From: Escherichia coli O157:H7
GTDB lineage: Bacteria > Pseudomonadota > Gammaproteobacteria > Enterobacterales > Enterobacteriaceae
DNA length: 64,000 bases
Strand: one strand, 5' to 3'
Assembly: GCF_013167455.1 (NCBI RefSeq)
Contig: NZ_CP038328.1
In this document: positions 10,558 to 21,085 of the stretch, piece after piece
How positions within the stretch are numbered: position 1 is the stretch's first letter
Layout of the letters: each line of letters starts with the position of its first letter
Made by a program: the position numbers and the translations under genes
Notes under the pieces: generated by a model
The model's input: the letters and a program-made list of their open reading frames with translations, nothing else
What the model was told of the DNA's origin: nothing
The model's database searches: none

Positions 10558-11712
10558 TTATGCCTGCCACGGATGAATGATTACGCCTTGCACCACGCGG
10601 TTAACGGTGCCACTGGCTGATGGGGTATCCGGCGTATTGCCCATGTGCAGCGACTGCATCAGTGCAAACGTCTGGGCGTACATCAGGAAGCAAAATGCCT
10701 GCTCAACGTCGATAAAGTGACGTGACGGTGGCAGGATGATATGTGGACCGGCAGCGACGATGTCGCTGCTTTCCGCGGCGATGGCGATTACACGCATTGC
10801 CTGGTTGTCACGGTGAAGTTCAGCCAGCAGATCAAGATCATACTGACGGGTGTAAGGGTGGCTGGAGACAAATACCACCACCAGTGTTTCGTTATCGACC
10901 AGCGATTTTGGTCCATGACGGAATCCGGTTGGAGAATCATAAAAGGCCGCCAGTTTACCCGCCGTCAGTTCCAGCACTTTCAGCGCCGACTCGCGTGCTG
11001 CGCCCTGTAAGCCACCGCTGCCGAGATAAACGATCCGTTTCCACGGTGCGTAACCAAACACACCTTCGCTGAAATCGCCCAGTGAGGTCAGGATCGCCTG
11101 GCAACGATCCGCCACGTCGCGGAAGGTTTGGCTGTTGATCGTCTCAGGTGCGAAAACCGCGAGGCAGCTGGCCATCATGGTGGTAATGCTGCTGGTCATC
11201 GCAAAGCCGCGATCGTGCGTTTCTGCGGGCATCAGCACGGCAAACGCGTTATCGCTGTTGATCGCGTTTTGGTAAAGAGCGCCCGCTTCGTTGCAGGTGA
11301 TCGGCAGGTGATAGCATTCCGGTACAAATTGATTTGCCAGTTCCACGGCTGCGACGCTTTCCGGGCTGTTGCCGGATCGACCGAAGGAGATCAACAGCAG
11401 CGGATGGGCTGGGTTCAGGTAGTCCATCGGATTAGTGACCAGATCGGTGGTCGGTACGGCGCTGAAGTTTTTACCGGTATGGCTGGCGAGCCACGGCGCG
11501 ATGATGTCACCGATAAATGCCGAGGTTCCGGCTCCGGTCAGGATGATCCGCAGATTCTCTTTGCGCAGTAACGGTTCAAGGAAGTTATTAAGCGCGGAAT
11601 GTAGCGCGTCGATGTTGGTGAGCGAACGGATCCATGCGCGAGGCTGATGGCGGATCTCTTCTTCAGTCCATGTACCGGTTGCGGCGGCAGCAGGGGTGTA
11701 ATTTTCTGGCAT
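10558..11712 (-). CDS. agaS: Sugar isomerase (SIS)-domain galactosamine-6-P deaminase/isomerase
   Basis: 384-aa ORF; tandem SIS-domain-like sequence; aga operon context. Confidence 0.9.
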   Translation of the reverse strand: MPENYTPAAAATGTWTEEEIRHQPRAWIRSLTNIDALHSALNNFLEPLLRKENLRIILTGAGTSAFIGDIIAPWLASHTGKNFSAVPTTDLVTNPMDYLNPAHPLLLISFGRSGNSPESVAAVELANQFVPECYHLPITCNEAGALYQNAINSDNAFAVLMPAETHDRGFAMTSSITTMMASCLAVFAPETINSQTFRDVADRCQAILTSLGDFSEGVFGYAPWKRIVYLGSGGLQGAARESALKVLELTAGKLAAFYDSPTGFRHGPKSLVDNETLVVVFVSSHPYTRQYDLDLLAELHRDNQAMRVIAIAAESSDIVAAGPHIILPPSRHFIDVEQAFCFLMYAQTFALMQSLHMGNTPDTPSASGTVNRVVQGVIIHPWQA

Positions 11713-11749
11713 AACTCAATCCTTAGTCTGATGAACTTGACGTCGGGCG

Positions 11750-11900
11750 TTGTCGCTTTCACTTGCCTTTCGTTTCATTTCACTTGGTGATGTCTTTCGT
11801 TGATTAAAATCTATAGAAAAGAAACCGAAAGTTCAATGGAGAAAAAGGAAATAAAACGAAATCCGTGATCGTTGAAAGAAAAGATAAAGGAAGCAAAAGG
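11750..11900. promoter_or_regulatory. agaS promoter region with repeated DeoR-type (AgaR) operator motifs
   Basis: Repeated CTTTCGTTT / AAACGAAA motifs (for example cctttcgtttcatttcac, gaaaccgaaagtt, aaaacgaaatcc) immediately upstream of agaS. Confidence 0.55.
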
Positions 11901-11902
11901 GA

Positions 11903-11995
11903 TTGCTGGATGCGGCGCAAACGCTTTATCCGGCCTTGCGGTCACCAACTGTAGGTCGGATAAGACGCGTTAGCGTCGCATCCGACACCGCTGCA
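11903..11995. repeat. REP/BIME palindromic units
   Basis: gatgcggcgcaaacgctttatccggcc ... ggtcggataagacgcgttagcgtcgcatccgaca, a typical REP inverted pair. Confidence 0.7.
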
Positions 11996-12062
11996 CAGAT
12001 CAAAACGAAAGAAAAAGAAAGGCCTTACGGGGGAAGTGAAGGCCCAATAATGGAGCAAACCA

Positions 12063-13196
12063 TCAAAACGAAGCTAATTGACCCTGAATCCAGATTTGTT
12101 GCACATGCAGCCCGCTATCCAGCGCAACGACGCTGGCGCGTTTGCCCGGTTTAAGCGATCCCAGAACACCATCAACACCCAGCATTCGCGCCGGATGCAG
12201 CGACGCCATATGAATGGCTTCCGCAGGCGTTACGCCCGTCAACTCGACCATGTTGCGCACTGCCGCATCAACAGACAGCGTACTGCCCGCCAGCCCACCG
12301 GACGCGGTACGGACAACGCCACCGTGCATCTGCACTTCTTCGCCACATAACGTATAGCGACCATCCGGCATCCCGGCTGCCTGCATCGCGTCGGTGATCA
12401 GTACGATTCTCTCTTTCGCACAGCAACAACACAGCGACATTGCCGCCGGATGCACATGATGACCATCGGCTATCAGTTCCAGCCAGGCGCGCTTGTCCGT
12501 TAATCCCGCGCCAACCATTCCCGGTTCGCGGTGATGTAAACCTGTCATCCCGTTATAGCAATGCACCAGGCCGTCGGCACCAGCATCAAACGCGGCGCGA
12601 GTTTGTTGCCAGGTCGCCGCGCTATGCCCCAGCATCACTCGTACATTTTGCTGTTTAAGATGGCGGATGGCCTGCAATGCCCCCTCTTTTTCCGGTGCCA
12701 GCGCTACCACGCGTAAGGTGTGCTGAGAAACGGCAATCAATTGATCCAGCTCGGCAATTTCAAGCTCGCGAAACAACTCCGGCGGATGCGCGCCTTTATT
12801 CTGCGGCGTGAAGTACGGTCCTTCGAGATAACTCCCCAGCACTTGCGCACCAGGTCCGCCGCGTTGGCAACGTTGAGCAATACGTTTCAGCGCCGCATGA
12901 ATGGTACTAAGCGGCGCGGTTACGGTAGTCGGCAACCAACTGCCGACACCTTCGCGTGCCTTGTGCATTGCCAGCTTGTCGAGTACATCCGGCGCGTCAT
13001 CCATTACATCAACGCCCGCACCACCGTGTACATGGGTGTCGATGTAAGCGGGGCAGAGCAGTTCCGCATCGCGTTCAGTCACGCTCACTGGAATCGGTTC
13101 GATTGCTGCGATGACACCGTCAGCAATACGCAACTGATGGTCATCGAGCCATCCCTCTTCAGTCAGCAGCCTTCTGGCGCGCAGAACGTGTGTCAT
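12063..13196 (-). CDS. agaA: N-acetylgalactosamine-6-phosphate deacetylase, full length (377 aa)
   Basis: ORF MTHVLRARRLLTEEGWLDDHQL...; NagA-family metal-binding motifs; intact, unlike the truncated K-12 allele. Confidence 0.9.
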   Translation of the reverse strand: MTHVLRARRLLTEEGWLDDHQLRIADGVIAAIEPIPVSVTERDAELLCPAYIDTHVHGGAGVDVMDDAPDVLDKLAMHKAREGVGSWLPTTVTAPLSTIHAALKRIAQRCQRGGPGAQVLGSYLEGPYFTPQNKGAHPPELFRELEIAELDQLIAVSQHTLRVVALAPEKEGALQAIRHLKQQNVRVMLGHSAATWQQTRAAFDAGADGLVHCYNGMTGLHHREPGMVGAGLTDKRAWLELIADGHHVHPAAMSLCCCCAKERIVLITDAMQAAGMPDGRYTLCGEEVQMHGGVVRTASGGLAGSTLSVDAAVRNMVELTGVTPAEAIHMASLHPARMLGVDGVLGSLKPGKRASVVALDSGLHVQQIWIQGQLASF

Positions 13197-13627
13197 ATCC
13201 CTTCCTCGACCGGACATTCTTCATGGCAGCGGCCTAACTCGTCCACCAGACTGGTCAGCCCACGATGTCCACACTCCAGCGCCTGTACACGGAATTCTTC
13301 ACCGCTTAACCCTTCGCGCTCCAGCACCATCTCCAGTAGCAGTTGCAAATTGGTGCCGGTGATCACTTCACAGCCCGGTTTTTGCATCGCCAGCGTTGAA
13401 GCTACGCGAAACGGCGTGCCGCCCAGCAAATCCGTCAGAAAAACAATGCCGTCTTCACAATCCAGTTGGGCGATGGCCTCTTCAAGCTGCGATGTAAGCA
13501 GCGCGGTGCTTGAGGTTTCCGGAAAATCGATGGCGATAAACTGCGATTGCTCACCGAGAATTTGCTTCATTGCTTTTTCCATGCCGCTGGCAAACCCGCC
13601 ATGCCCTGTCAAAATAATACTTAACAT
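13193..13627 (-). CDS. agaF: PTS GalN/GalNAc IIA component
   Basis: 144-aa ORF MLSIILTGHGGFASGMEKAMKQILGE..., mannose-family IIA. Confidence 0.85.
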   Translation of the reverse strand: MLSIILTGHGGFASGMEKAMKQILGEQSQFIAIDFPETSSTALLTSQLEEAIAQLDCEDGIVFLTDLLGGTPFRVASTLAMQKPGCEVITGTNLQLLLEMVLEREGLSGEEFRVQALECGHRGLTSLVDELGRCHEECPVEEGI

Positions 13628-13644
13628 CTAATACCTCATTGTAT

Positions 13645-14529
13645 TTAAAGGAAATGGCAGAATTTACCAACGATGCCGAGAACCACGGTAACTGCAATCA
13701 GACGCAGCGGACTCCAGCCGCGGCGTACCAACCAAAACATGGTCAGGGTGTAGACCAACGGTAAGAAGGCAGGCATCAGTTTGTCGATAACATCAGCCTG
13801 TAACTTAACCACTGCGTCGCCCGCTGTGATTTCCAGCGTGGTGCTTAAACGAACATAGGTTGCCACCAGCGCACCGATTACCGTCATCCCAACGATAGAC
13901 GCAGCATGGCCGACTTTTTTGGTATTAGCTTTAATGAGTGGAATCGCCGCCACGCCCATGCGGTAAGCATAATGCGCCAGACCAAAACGCAGCCCCAGGT
14001 GGACCACGTTGAACAGCACAATAAAGACGACTGCGCCAAGAATGGAGCCTTGCAATGCCAGACTGGCTCCAATCCCGCCACAAATCGGCAGTAGCGTTAG
14101 CCAGAACATTGCATCGCCAATCCCGCCGAGCGGCGCACCGACGGCAATTTTGGTGCTCTGAATACTGTTAACGTCCTGCTTAGAACGCTCCATCGCAAGG
14201 ATAATGCCGATAACAAATGTCACCAGAAACGGATGGGTATTGAAGAAACCCATATGCCCCTTCATGGCGCGCGCCAGGTCGCGTTTATTAGTGTGGATCT
14301 TTTTCAGAGCAGGCAGCAGACCGTACAACCAGCCGGAAGCCTGCATACGTTCGTAGTTAAAAGACGCTTGTAACAGCATGGAACGCCAGGCGACGCGATT
14401 GATATCTTTTTTCGTCAGCTCCGCGCCAATGCTCTGATCTTCATACACGTTTTCATTGACGCCAGTCAGCAATGTTTCTTCGTTTTCACTGACGTTCGGC
14501 AGGGTGGTTTGATTAGATGCCATCTTCAA
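13645..14529 (-). CDS. agaE: PTS GalNAc-specific IID component
   Basis: 294-aa ORF, paralogous to AgaD (shared motif LLQASFNYERMQA). Confidence 0.85.
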   Translation of the reverse strand: MKMASNQTTLPNVSENEETLLTGVNENVYEDQSIGAELTKKDINRVAWRSMLLQASFNYERMQASGWLYGLLPALKKIHTNKRDLARAMKGHMGFFNTHPFLVTFVIGIILAMERSKQDVNSIQSTKIAVGAPLGGIGDAMFWLTLLPICGGIGASLALQGSILGAVVFIVLFNVVHLGLRFGLAHYAYRMGVAAIPLIKANTKKVGHAASIVGMTVIGALVATYVRLSTTLEITAGDAVVKLQADVIDKLMPAFLPLVYTLTMFWLVRRGWSPLRLIAVTVVLGIVGKFCHFL

Positions 14530-15292
14530 ATTCCTCTTTCTGTGCCGCAGGTTGAGTCGGTTCAGGAGATTTACGCAGCAGATCGATCAGCGCCATCGCC
14601 AGCGCGGCGGCAGCAATAGCCAGCACCGGTAACTTGAGCCAGGCTGCGGCAACAAAGCCCAGGATGAAGTAGGGGATGTAGACGTTTTTCATCATGATTT
14701 TCAGCAGCACGGCAAAACCGATTGCTGGCATGATGCCGCCCGCGACGCCGAGGCCGTCGATTAATCGTTGCGGCAGGACATCAATGATGGTTTTTGCATG
14801 TTCCGCGCCGAAGTAGATAGGCAGGAAAGCGCAGAGAAAATAGAAAGTGCCGAGTGCCAGCAGTGCCAGATAGTTTACGCGTTCAATGCCGCGAGTATCG
14901 GCGTTCTCCGCCATCCGGTCGCAGCGAGACATCACGCCAGACATCACCGAGAACAGGAAGGTAATCCCCATCTGTACTGCGACAGCGAAAGGTACGGCGA
15001 CACCGACTGCGACATCGGGTTTCACGCCAGTAGTAATGGCAAACGCCGTGCCGACGATAGTACCGATAATCACATTAGGCGGCTGTGCGCCCGCCAGCGG
15101 GGCCAGCCCCATCCACACCAGTTCCAGCGTACCGCCGGTTAAAATACCGGTATGCAGATCGCCAAGTACCAGCCCGACTAACGGGCCGAGGACCACTGGG
15201 CGGTGCATATGGGTTAAGCCGTTAAACATATCCAGGCCAGCGATAAAGGCGATAATGCCCAACGCGAATGCCTGCAACAGACTGATTTCCAT
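14513..15292 (-). CDS. agaW: PTS GalNAc-specific IIC component, full length
   Basis: 259-aa ORF, paralogous to AgaC; intact, unlike the truncated K-12 allele. Confidence 0.85.
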   Translation of the reverse strand: MEISLLQAFALGIIAFIAGLDMFNGLTHMHRPVVLGPLVGLVLGDLHTGILTGGTLELVWMGLAPLAGAQPPNVIIGTIVGTAFAITTGVKPDVAVGVAVPFAVAVQMGITFLFSVMSGVMSRCDRMAENADTRGIERVNYLALLALGTFYFLCAFLPIYFGAEHAKTIIDVLPQRLIDGLGVAGGIMPAIGFAVLLKIMMKNVYIPYFILGFVAAAWLKLPVLAIAAAALAMALIDLLRKSPEPTQPAAQKEEFEDGI

Positions 15293-15302
15293 GATGAATC
15301 CC

Positions 15303-15776
15303 TCAAAGTAATTTAAAGAGGTCCACAGCAGGCTCTGTCGGGATGCCCTGAACGAAGCATTCCACCCCAGCGGCTTTCAGGTCGTTAAATGCTGCGATAT
15401 CGCCCGCATCCACAGAAACCGTTTTGGCGATTTGTTGCTTGCCATTGGCGTAGTGCATATTGCCAACGTTAATGCGATTCACCGGAACGCCACCTTTCAC
15501 CAGCGTCAGGAAATCGGCGGGTGTTTTACAAACCAGCAGGATTTTCTGTCGATCGGCGGCGCGATGAATGTTGTCGATAACTTTTTGCAGCGTCCAGAAA
15601 CGTACGGCGATCCCTTCTGCCAGTACCATTTCCATCAGGTTTTGTTGTACCGGATCTTCGGCAACCTCATCGTTGGCGACCAGCACCAGATTTGCCCCCG
15701 CAAATCCGACCCACTGAACGCCGACCTGACCGTGAATCAAGCGTTCATCAATCCGGCTTAAAACAATATTTGGCAT
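15303..15776 (-). CDS. agaV: PTS GalNAc-specific IIB component (157 aa from internal Met)
   Basis: MPNIVLSRIDERLIHGQVGVQW..., paralogous to AgaB. Confidence 0.9.
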   Translation of the reverse strand: MPNIVLSRIDERLIHGQVGVQWVGFAGANLVLVANDEVAEDPVQQNLMEMVLAEGIAVRFWTLQKVIDNIHRAADRQKILLVCKTPADFLTLVKGGVPVNRINVGNMHYANGKQQIAKTVSVDAGDIAAFNDLKAAGVECFVQGIPTEPAVDLFKLL

Positions 15777-15798
15777 AGCGTGTTCCTCTTTGTTTTGC

Positions 15799-17079
15799 TT
15801 ATTGGCCTTCACAGGCTGTGTGGTACTGCGCCAGGATGTCCTGAATATGGTTGATAATGAGTTCCCGTGGCGTTGGCTGCAGCTCGCCGGAGCGAACTTT
15901 CACGTACTGCAGCGGCAGATACTGGCTGATCAGCGGCAGCGGAATTGGTGAATCCGCCAGATTACGTACCAGATGAGCGAAAGCGTCATCAATCTGGCTG
16001 TCCGGCCAGTAATAGCGCACGCGATCCGAGTAGCTATAACCACGCGCCAGACGACGCGCGTTGCCGTCACCGTGGTAGTGGCTTTGCCAGTATTCCGGGC
16101 GGTTGAGCATCACGTTTTCCAGCACCTGACGCAGACCAGAACAGGCTTTTGCTGGCACCAGTTCTTCTTCAATCGCTGCCAGAGAGAACAGAGCTTCACG
16201 CAGGGCGAAGGTCAGCGCCGGGCCAACTTTCAGAATGGCAAAGTGGTCAATCACCAGCTGGCGCAGCGATTGCGGCGTTTGATAATCGGTAGAGTGCGCT
16301 TCGAAAATCAGCGTTTCGTAGCTTTCGACCATCTGGCTTAAGGCGGTCGCTTTGGCGGGCTGATAATCAATAACGTTGGTGTGATCGAATTCGACGCCGG
16401 GTTGAACCACCAGGGCAATGATGCGTGGCCAGATGGCATTCAAACCTTGCTTTTCAAAGGCGTGACGATGGGCTTCCAGCGTGGCGCGGGCGGCATCCGG
16501 CGTGGTGACCGCCAGCTCGCTTAAGGTTTCATGCGCGCCGCCAGGTACCGGCACTTCGGTACCAATGACATACTCCAGATCGGCTTCGCCAAAGTGTTCA
16601 AGACAGGTTTCTTCCGCCACTTTCGCCAGACGGGCGGCGCGTTCAGCCACGATGTCATCAGTTAAGGGAATCGGATCGTCCTGACAGGACATGCTGCAAT
16701 CAAGGTGGATTTTTTTGAATCCTGCCGCAACGTAGCTTTTAATCAAATCATCGGCATTGGCCATTGCCTGAGCGGCCGGCAGGTTTTGCCAGCGGTTTGG
16801 CCCCAGATGGTCACCACCCAGAATCAACGCATCCTGCGGGAAATTCAACGAGTCGGCGAGCTGACAAACAAAGCCGCGAAAATCGGCGGGCGTCATTCCG
16901 GTATAACCGCCGAACTGGTCTACCTGATTGGAGGTTGCTTCAATCAGTAACGGCGTTTGGTTTGCACTGGCGTAGCGGATTGCAGCCTCCAGCACCAGCG
17001 GATGTGCGGAACAAACGGCATAAATTCCATTTGTTTTGCCCGCTTTGTGCTGTCTCACCATTTCTGTCAGATGTTTCAC
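15799..17079 (-). CDS. kbaZ: Tagatose-bisphosphate aldolase non-catalytic subunit
   Basis: 426-aa [40 protein letters not shown]... Confidence 0.9.
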   Translation of the reverse strand: MKHLTEMVRQHKAGKTNGIYAVCSAHPLVLEAAIRYASANQTPLLIEATSNQVDQFGGYTGMTPADFRGFVCQLADSLNFPQDALILGGDHLGPNRWQNLPAAQAMANADDLIKSYVAAGFKKIHLDCSMSCQDDPIPLTDDIVAERAARLAKVAEETCLEHFGEADLEYVIGTEVPVPGGAHETLSELAVTTPDAARATLEAHRHAFEKQGLNAIWPRIIALVVQPGVEFDHTNVIDYQPAKATALSQMVESYETLIFEAHSTDYQTPQSLRQLVIDHFAILKVGPALTFALREALFSLAAIEEELVPAKACSGLRQVLENVMLNRPEYWQSHYHGDGNARRLARGYSYSDRVRYYWPDSQIDDAFAHLVRNLADSPIPLPLISQYLPLQYVKVRSGELQPTPRELIINHIQDILAQYHTACEGQ

Positions 17080-17109
17080 TTTCCTCTCCAGTTCAGATTA
17101 CTGCGATAT

Positions 17110-17320
17110 TAATCTTTCGTTTTGTTTCAGTTGATACTGCGTCATGGTGAGATAAAAATAAAACGAAAGATAATAGTTTTCTGATCTGATTCACAAAAGA
17201 AACATAATGAAAGTCACTGAAACGAGAGTAGCTTGCGTCAATGGGCAAGGTGGGCTTGCATTTGCTTAATAGAAAGGCGTTAATAGGCAAAACGAAATGA
17301 AACGAAAGTTTTACGAAAGG
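17110..17320. promoter_or_regulatory. Divergent agaR / kbaZ promoter region with multiple AgaR operator repeats
   Basis: At least four copies of CTTTCGTTT / AAACGAAAG-type motifs (ctttcgttttgtttc, aaaacgaaagataa, tgaaacgagag, aaaacgaaatgaaacgaaagtttt). Confidence 0.6.
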
Positions 17321-17327
17321 ACTTACT

Positions 17328-18137
17328 ATGAGTAATACCGACGCTTCAGGTGAGAAGCGAGTGACAGGCACCAGCGAGCGACGAGAACAGATCATTCAGC
17401 GTCTGCGACAGCAAGGGAGTGTGCAGGTTAACGATCTGTCGGCATTGTATGGCGTATCTACCGTGACGATCCGCAACGATCTGGCGTTTCTGGAAAAGCA
17501 GGGGATCGCTGTGCGTGCCTATGGTGGCGCGTTGATCTGCGATAGCACAACGCCGTCAGTCGAGCCATCAGTGGAAGATAAAAGCGCGCTGAACACCGCA
17601 ATGAAACGCAGCGTTGCGAAAGCTGCCGTTGAGTTGATTCAGCCAGGTCATCGGGTGATCCTCGATTCCGGGACCACCACTTTTGAGATTGCTCGTCTGA
17701 TGCGCAAGCACACTGACGTAATTGCGATGACCAACGGTATGAACGTGGCTAATGCGTTGCTGGAAGCGGAAGGCGTTGAGCTGCTGATGACCGGCGGGCA
17801 TTTGCGCCGTCAGTCGCAATCTTTTTACGGCGATCAGGCTGAGCAATCGCTGCAAAATTACCACTTCGATATGCTGTTTCTTGGTGTAGATGCGATCGAT
17901 CTGGAGCGCGGCGTCAGCACGCATAATGAAGATGAAGCCCGTTTAAACCGCCGGATGTGCGAAGTTGCGGAACGGATCATCGTGGTCACCGATTCCAGTA
18001 AATTCAATCGTTCCAGTTTACATAAGATCATTGATACTCAACGTATCGACATGATCATTGTTGATGAAGGCATTCCTGCGGATAGCCTGGAAGGGCTGCG
18101 AAAGGCTGGGGTTGAAGTGATTCTGGTCGGGGAGTGA
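17328..18137 (+). CDS. agaR: DeoR-family repressor of the aga operon
   Basis: 269-aa ORF with N-terminal HTH ([39 protein letters not shown]) and DeoR C-terminal domain. Confidence 0.9.
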
Positions 18138-18191
18138 GAAAGGGTGCCCGCTGGTCAACACGAATGCGTTCGGCGGGCATTGTGAACACCA

Positions 18192-18656
18192 TCAATGGGT
18201 TTCTTCTGTCTCTCGGGTGAGGGTTTCCCAGTCGGCAGGAGGATGTCCTCTTTTTAACATTTTGCTGAATACGGTATAGGCATCTGTTTTTTTACCGTAG
18301 GTGCGCAGCGTGTTTTCATCGTTCATCCATCCCAGAATGATGACTTTCTCTTTTTCACTGTAACGAAAGAAGAGACGATAGCGACCAGCACCAAATTTTA
18401 CCCGTGACCAGTCTTTATTTTTCCCAGAGCCTAACGACTTGCCATGACGGAATGCCGGTGATGATGGATTGACCGTGATATGCTCCTCAATCACTTTATG
18501 GACCACCGCCAATAACTTTGTGGCAGCTTTTCTCTGATAATTTTCAGGATCTTTTCCCTTTAATGTCTCGACTTCGGCAACTAAAGCGTCGTAGGTTTCC
18601 TGAAAACAGGGATGAGCATATAGCGCCCAACCATTAACCCTTTGTGGAAAATCCAT
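18192..18656 (-). CDS. yhaV: Toxin YhaV (ribonuclease) of the PrlF-YhaV toxin-antitoxin pair
   Basis: 154-aa ORF MDFPQRVNGWALYAHPCFQETYDALVAEVETLKGKDPE...; start overlaps the prlF stop (TAATG). Confidence 0.9.
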   Translation of the reverse strand: MDFPQRVNGWALYAHPCFQETYDALVAEVETLKGKDPENYQRKAATKLLAVVHKVIEEHITVNPSSPAFRHGKSLGSGKNKDWSRVKFGAGRYRLFFRYSEKEKVIILGWMNDENTLRTYGKKTDAYTVFSKMLKRGHPPADWETLTRETEETH

Positions 18657-18991
18657 TATTCGTCGTCGCCAATCTCATCATCAATGTTGACGTCCATGCC
18701 AGCGACAAGTTTCTTTCCTTGTTGAATGTTGAATGGACGAGTTTTTTGCGGGTTGTTCTGGATATCTGTATCCAGAAAACGCAAAAATGCATTCATAGTA
18801 TGATCCTCCTGCTCATCTCCCAGTCGGCACATAAATACTTGCCCACCAGGCAGAATTTCGTAATGAATGCTGTCCTGGCCTGGCTTCAGTTTTAAGGCCT
18901 CACGCACTGGCGCGGGGATAGTTGTTTGTCCGCGTATCGTGACCTTTGATTCAGTGGTCAGTACAGCGTGAGAGCGAGCATTAGCGGGCAT
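18656..18991 (-). CDS. prlF: Antitoxin PrlF (SohA), AbrB/SpoVT-fold
   Basis: 111-aa ORF MPANARSHAVLTTESKVTIRGQTTIPAPVREALKLKPG... with acidic C-terminus. Confidence 0.9.
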   Translation of the reverse strand: MPANARSHAVLTTESKVTIRGQTTIPAPVREALKLKPGQDSIHYEILPGGQVFMCRLGDEQEDHTMNAFLRFLDTDIQNNPQKTRPFNIQQGKKLVAGMDVNIDDEIGDDE

Positions 18992-19097
18992 GATTCACTG
19001 TCCTTTTACAGCCTGTTTTCTGCTCAAATTATAAGCTTGAACTAAGGTAATGCAAATGCATTATTAATGGACGTGGGGGCTTTAAACAATAAAAACA

Positions 19098-19125
19098 TGG
19101 CACTAAGGCCATGTTTTGCGAGGGA
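19098..19125 (-). terminator. Intrinsic terminator downstream of garD
   Basis: On the minus strand, hairpin aaacatggcc / ggccatgttt followed by a T-rich tract, about 15 nt after the garD stop. Confidence 0.5.
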
Positions 19126-19139
19126 CGTTCCAAAAGAAA

Positions 19140-20711
19140 TCAGGTCACCGGTGCTGGGTTAAACACCGCCAGCTGGTTATGCAGTCCCCATTGATCCGAG
19201 AAGGTTTTCTTCTTCCCGCTGGCGACGTCGAGAATAAAGTGGAACAACTTCCAGCCCACCTCTTCAATGGTTTCTTCGCCGGTGGCGATAGTGCCCGCGT
19301 TAATATCCATTAAATCAAACCAGCGGTTCGCCAGCTCGGTGCGGGTCGCCATTTTAATGACGGGTACCGCCATCAGGCCGTACGGCGTACCACGACCGGT
19401 CGTAAACACTTGCACGGTGATACCCGAAGCCACCTGTTGCGTGCCACAGACAAAATCGCTGGCTGGCGTCGCGGCGTAAATTAATCCGCGTTTAGTCGGG
19501 CGTTGACCGGGCGACAGCACTTCAACAATTGCACTTTTACCCGATTTAGCAATGGAGCCGAGCGCTTTCTCCACTACATTTGCCAGACCGCCTTTCTTGT
19601 TGCCCGGCGAAGGGTTGGCGCTGCGGTCGGTTTTTCCCATATTGAGATAGTTATCGTACCACTCCATCTCCTCCAGCAGCCGTTTGCCGACCTCTTCGTT
19701 CACTGCGCGTGGTGTCAGCAGATGGATCGCGTCACGCACTTCCGTGACTTCTGAGAACATCACCGTTGCGCCGCAGCGCACCAGTAGATCAGACGCATAC
19801 CCAACCGCCGGGTTTGCCGTTACGCCAGAAAAGGCATCGCTGCCACCGCACTGCATGCCGACAACCAGTTCTGAAGCCGGACAGGTTTCTCGCTGACGTT
19901 GATTCAGTTTTTGTAGATGGCGTTCGGCGACCTGCAAAATATCCTCGACCATGGACTGAAAACCGACATGCTTTTCATCCTGCAAACTGACAATGCTGGC
20001 GCTTTCTACTGGAATAGCTTGCACATCATCCGTTCCAGTCAGCAGGCGCTCAGGCTGCAACTTTTCACAACCCAGGCCAATCACCATTACTTCGCCGCCA
20101 AAGTTAGGATTCAGCGAAATATTGTGAATGGTACGGATAGGTACAACTGCCGCCGGTGCGTTAATCGCCACGCCACAACCGTACAAATGATTCAGCCCCA
20201 CCACGCCATCGACGTTCGGGTATTTCGGTAGCAGATCGCGTTCAATGATTTTTACTACGTAGTCCACCACGCCTGCCACACAGTGGACGCTGGTGGTGAT
20301 GCCGAGCAGGTTTTTGGTGCCCACGCTGCCATCGGCATTGCGATAGCCCTCAAAGGTGTATCCTTCCAGCGGCGGTAAGGGTTCCGGGACTTTGGTTGCC
20401 AGTGGCAGCGTGTGTAACGGCGGCGCTTTCGGCAGTACAACCATTGATTCGTCGATCCAGCTTCCGCGTGGGATTGCACGCACGGCGTAACCAATCACTT
20501 CGCCATAACGAATAATTTCACCATTAGCCGGAATGTCGAGCAATGCGACTTTATGCCCCTGGGGAATATGTTCAATTAATTCCAGCCCATCCGGAAAACG
20601 CGTTCCTGCTTTCAGGCCATTATCATTAACAATAATTGCCACATTATCTGTGTCGTGAACTTTTATATAAAACGCAGTTGGCGTTTCTTGTCTGATTTCG
20701 ATGTTGGCCAT
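19140..20711 (-). CDS. garD: Galactarate dehydratase
   Basis: 523-aa [42 protein letters not shown]... Confidence 0.9.
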   Translation of the reverse strand: MANIEIRQETPTAFYIKVHDTDNVAIIVNDNGLKAGTRFPDGLELIEHIPQGHKVALLDIPANGEIIRYGEVIGYAVRAIPRGSWIDESMVVLPKAPPLHTLPLATKVPEPLPPLEGYTFEGYRNADGSVGTKNLLGITTSVHCVAGVVDYVVKIIERDLLPKYPNVDGVVGLNHLYGCGVAINAPAAVVPIRTIHNISLNPNFGGEVMVIGLGCEKLQPERLLTGTDDVQAIPVESASIVSLQDEKHVGFQSMVEDILQVAERHLQKLNQRQRETCPASELVVGMQCGGSDAFSGVTANPAVGYASDLLVRCGATVMFSEVTEVRDAIHLLTPRAVNEEVGKRLLEEMEWYDNYLNMGKTDRSANPSPGNKKGGLANVVEKALGSIAKSGKSAIVEVLSPGQRPTKRGLIYAATPASDFVCGTQQVASGITVQVFTTGRGTPYGLMAVPVIKMATRTELANRWFDLMDINAGTIATGEETIEEVGWKLFHFILDVASGKKKTFSDQWGLHNQLAVFNPAPVT

Positions 20712-21085
20712 TGTGCAATATTCTCCAGCCAGAGGTTATTAAAATGAGGACCTGGTCTCATTTAAAAATAAATGACTTCATTGGGTGAAATAAGAATGTC
20801 AGGAGTTTAAACGCAGAAATGTGATCAATGTCAATCATTTCAGGGATTGCAATGCCGCCCGGCAAGGTAAAGCGCAAATCTGTGCTTTAGCGCGCAACCT
20901 TATGTGCATATGCTCAAAATAATATTTAAATAGTATTAATTAAATTAGCATTTGCACAATGATTATTATTCTCGCGCTGCTTATACTAATTCCCGAGTTC
21001 ATTGTCGTTACGGCATAAATGAAACTCATAAATAACATCTTCCCCATAATAATAAAAATCAGCATAAGTACCCGAGGTAAATAAA

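Noticed and set aside
12720-13631. 303-codon plus-strand ORF
   Set aside because: Lies antisense to agaA and agaF; a GC-rich coding-strand shadow ORF with no independent start context or conservation signal.
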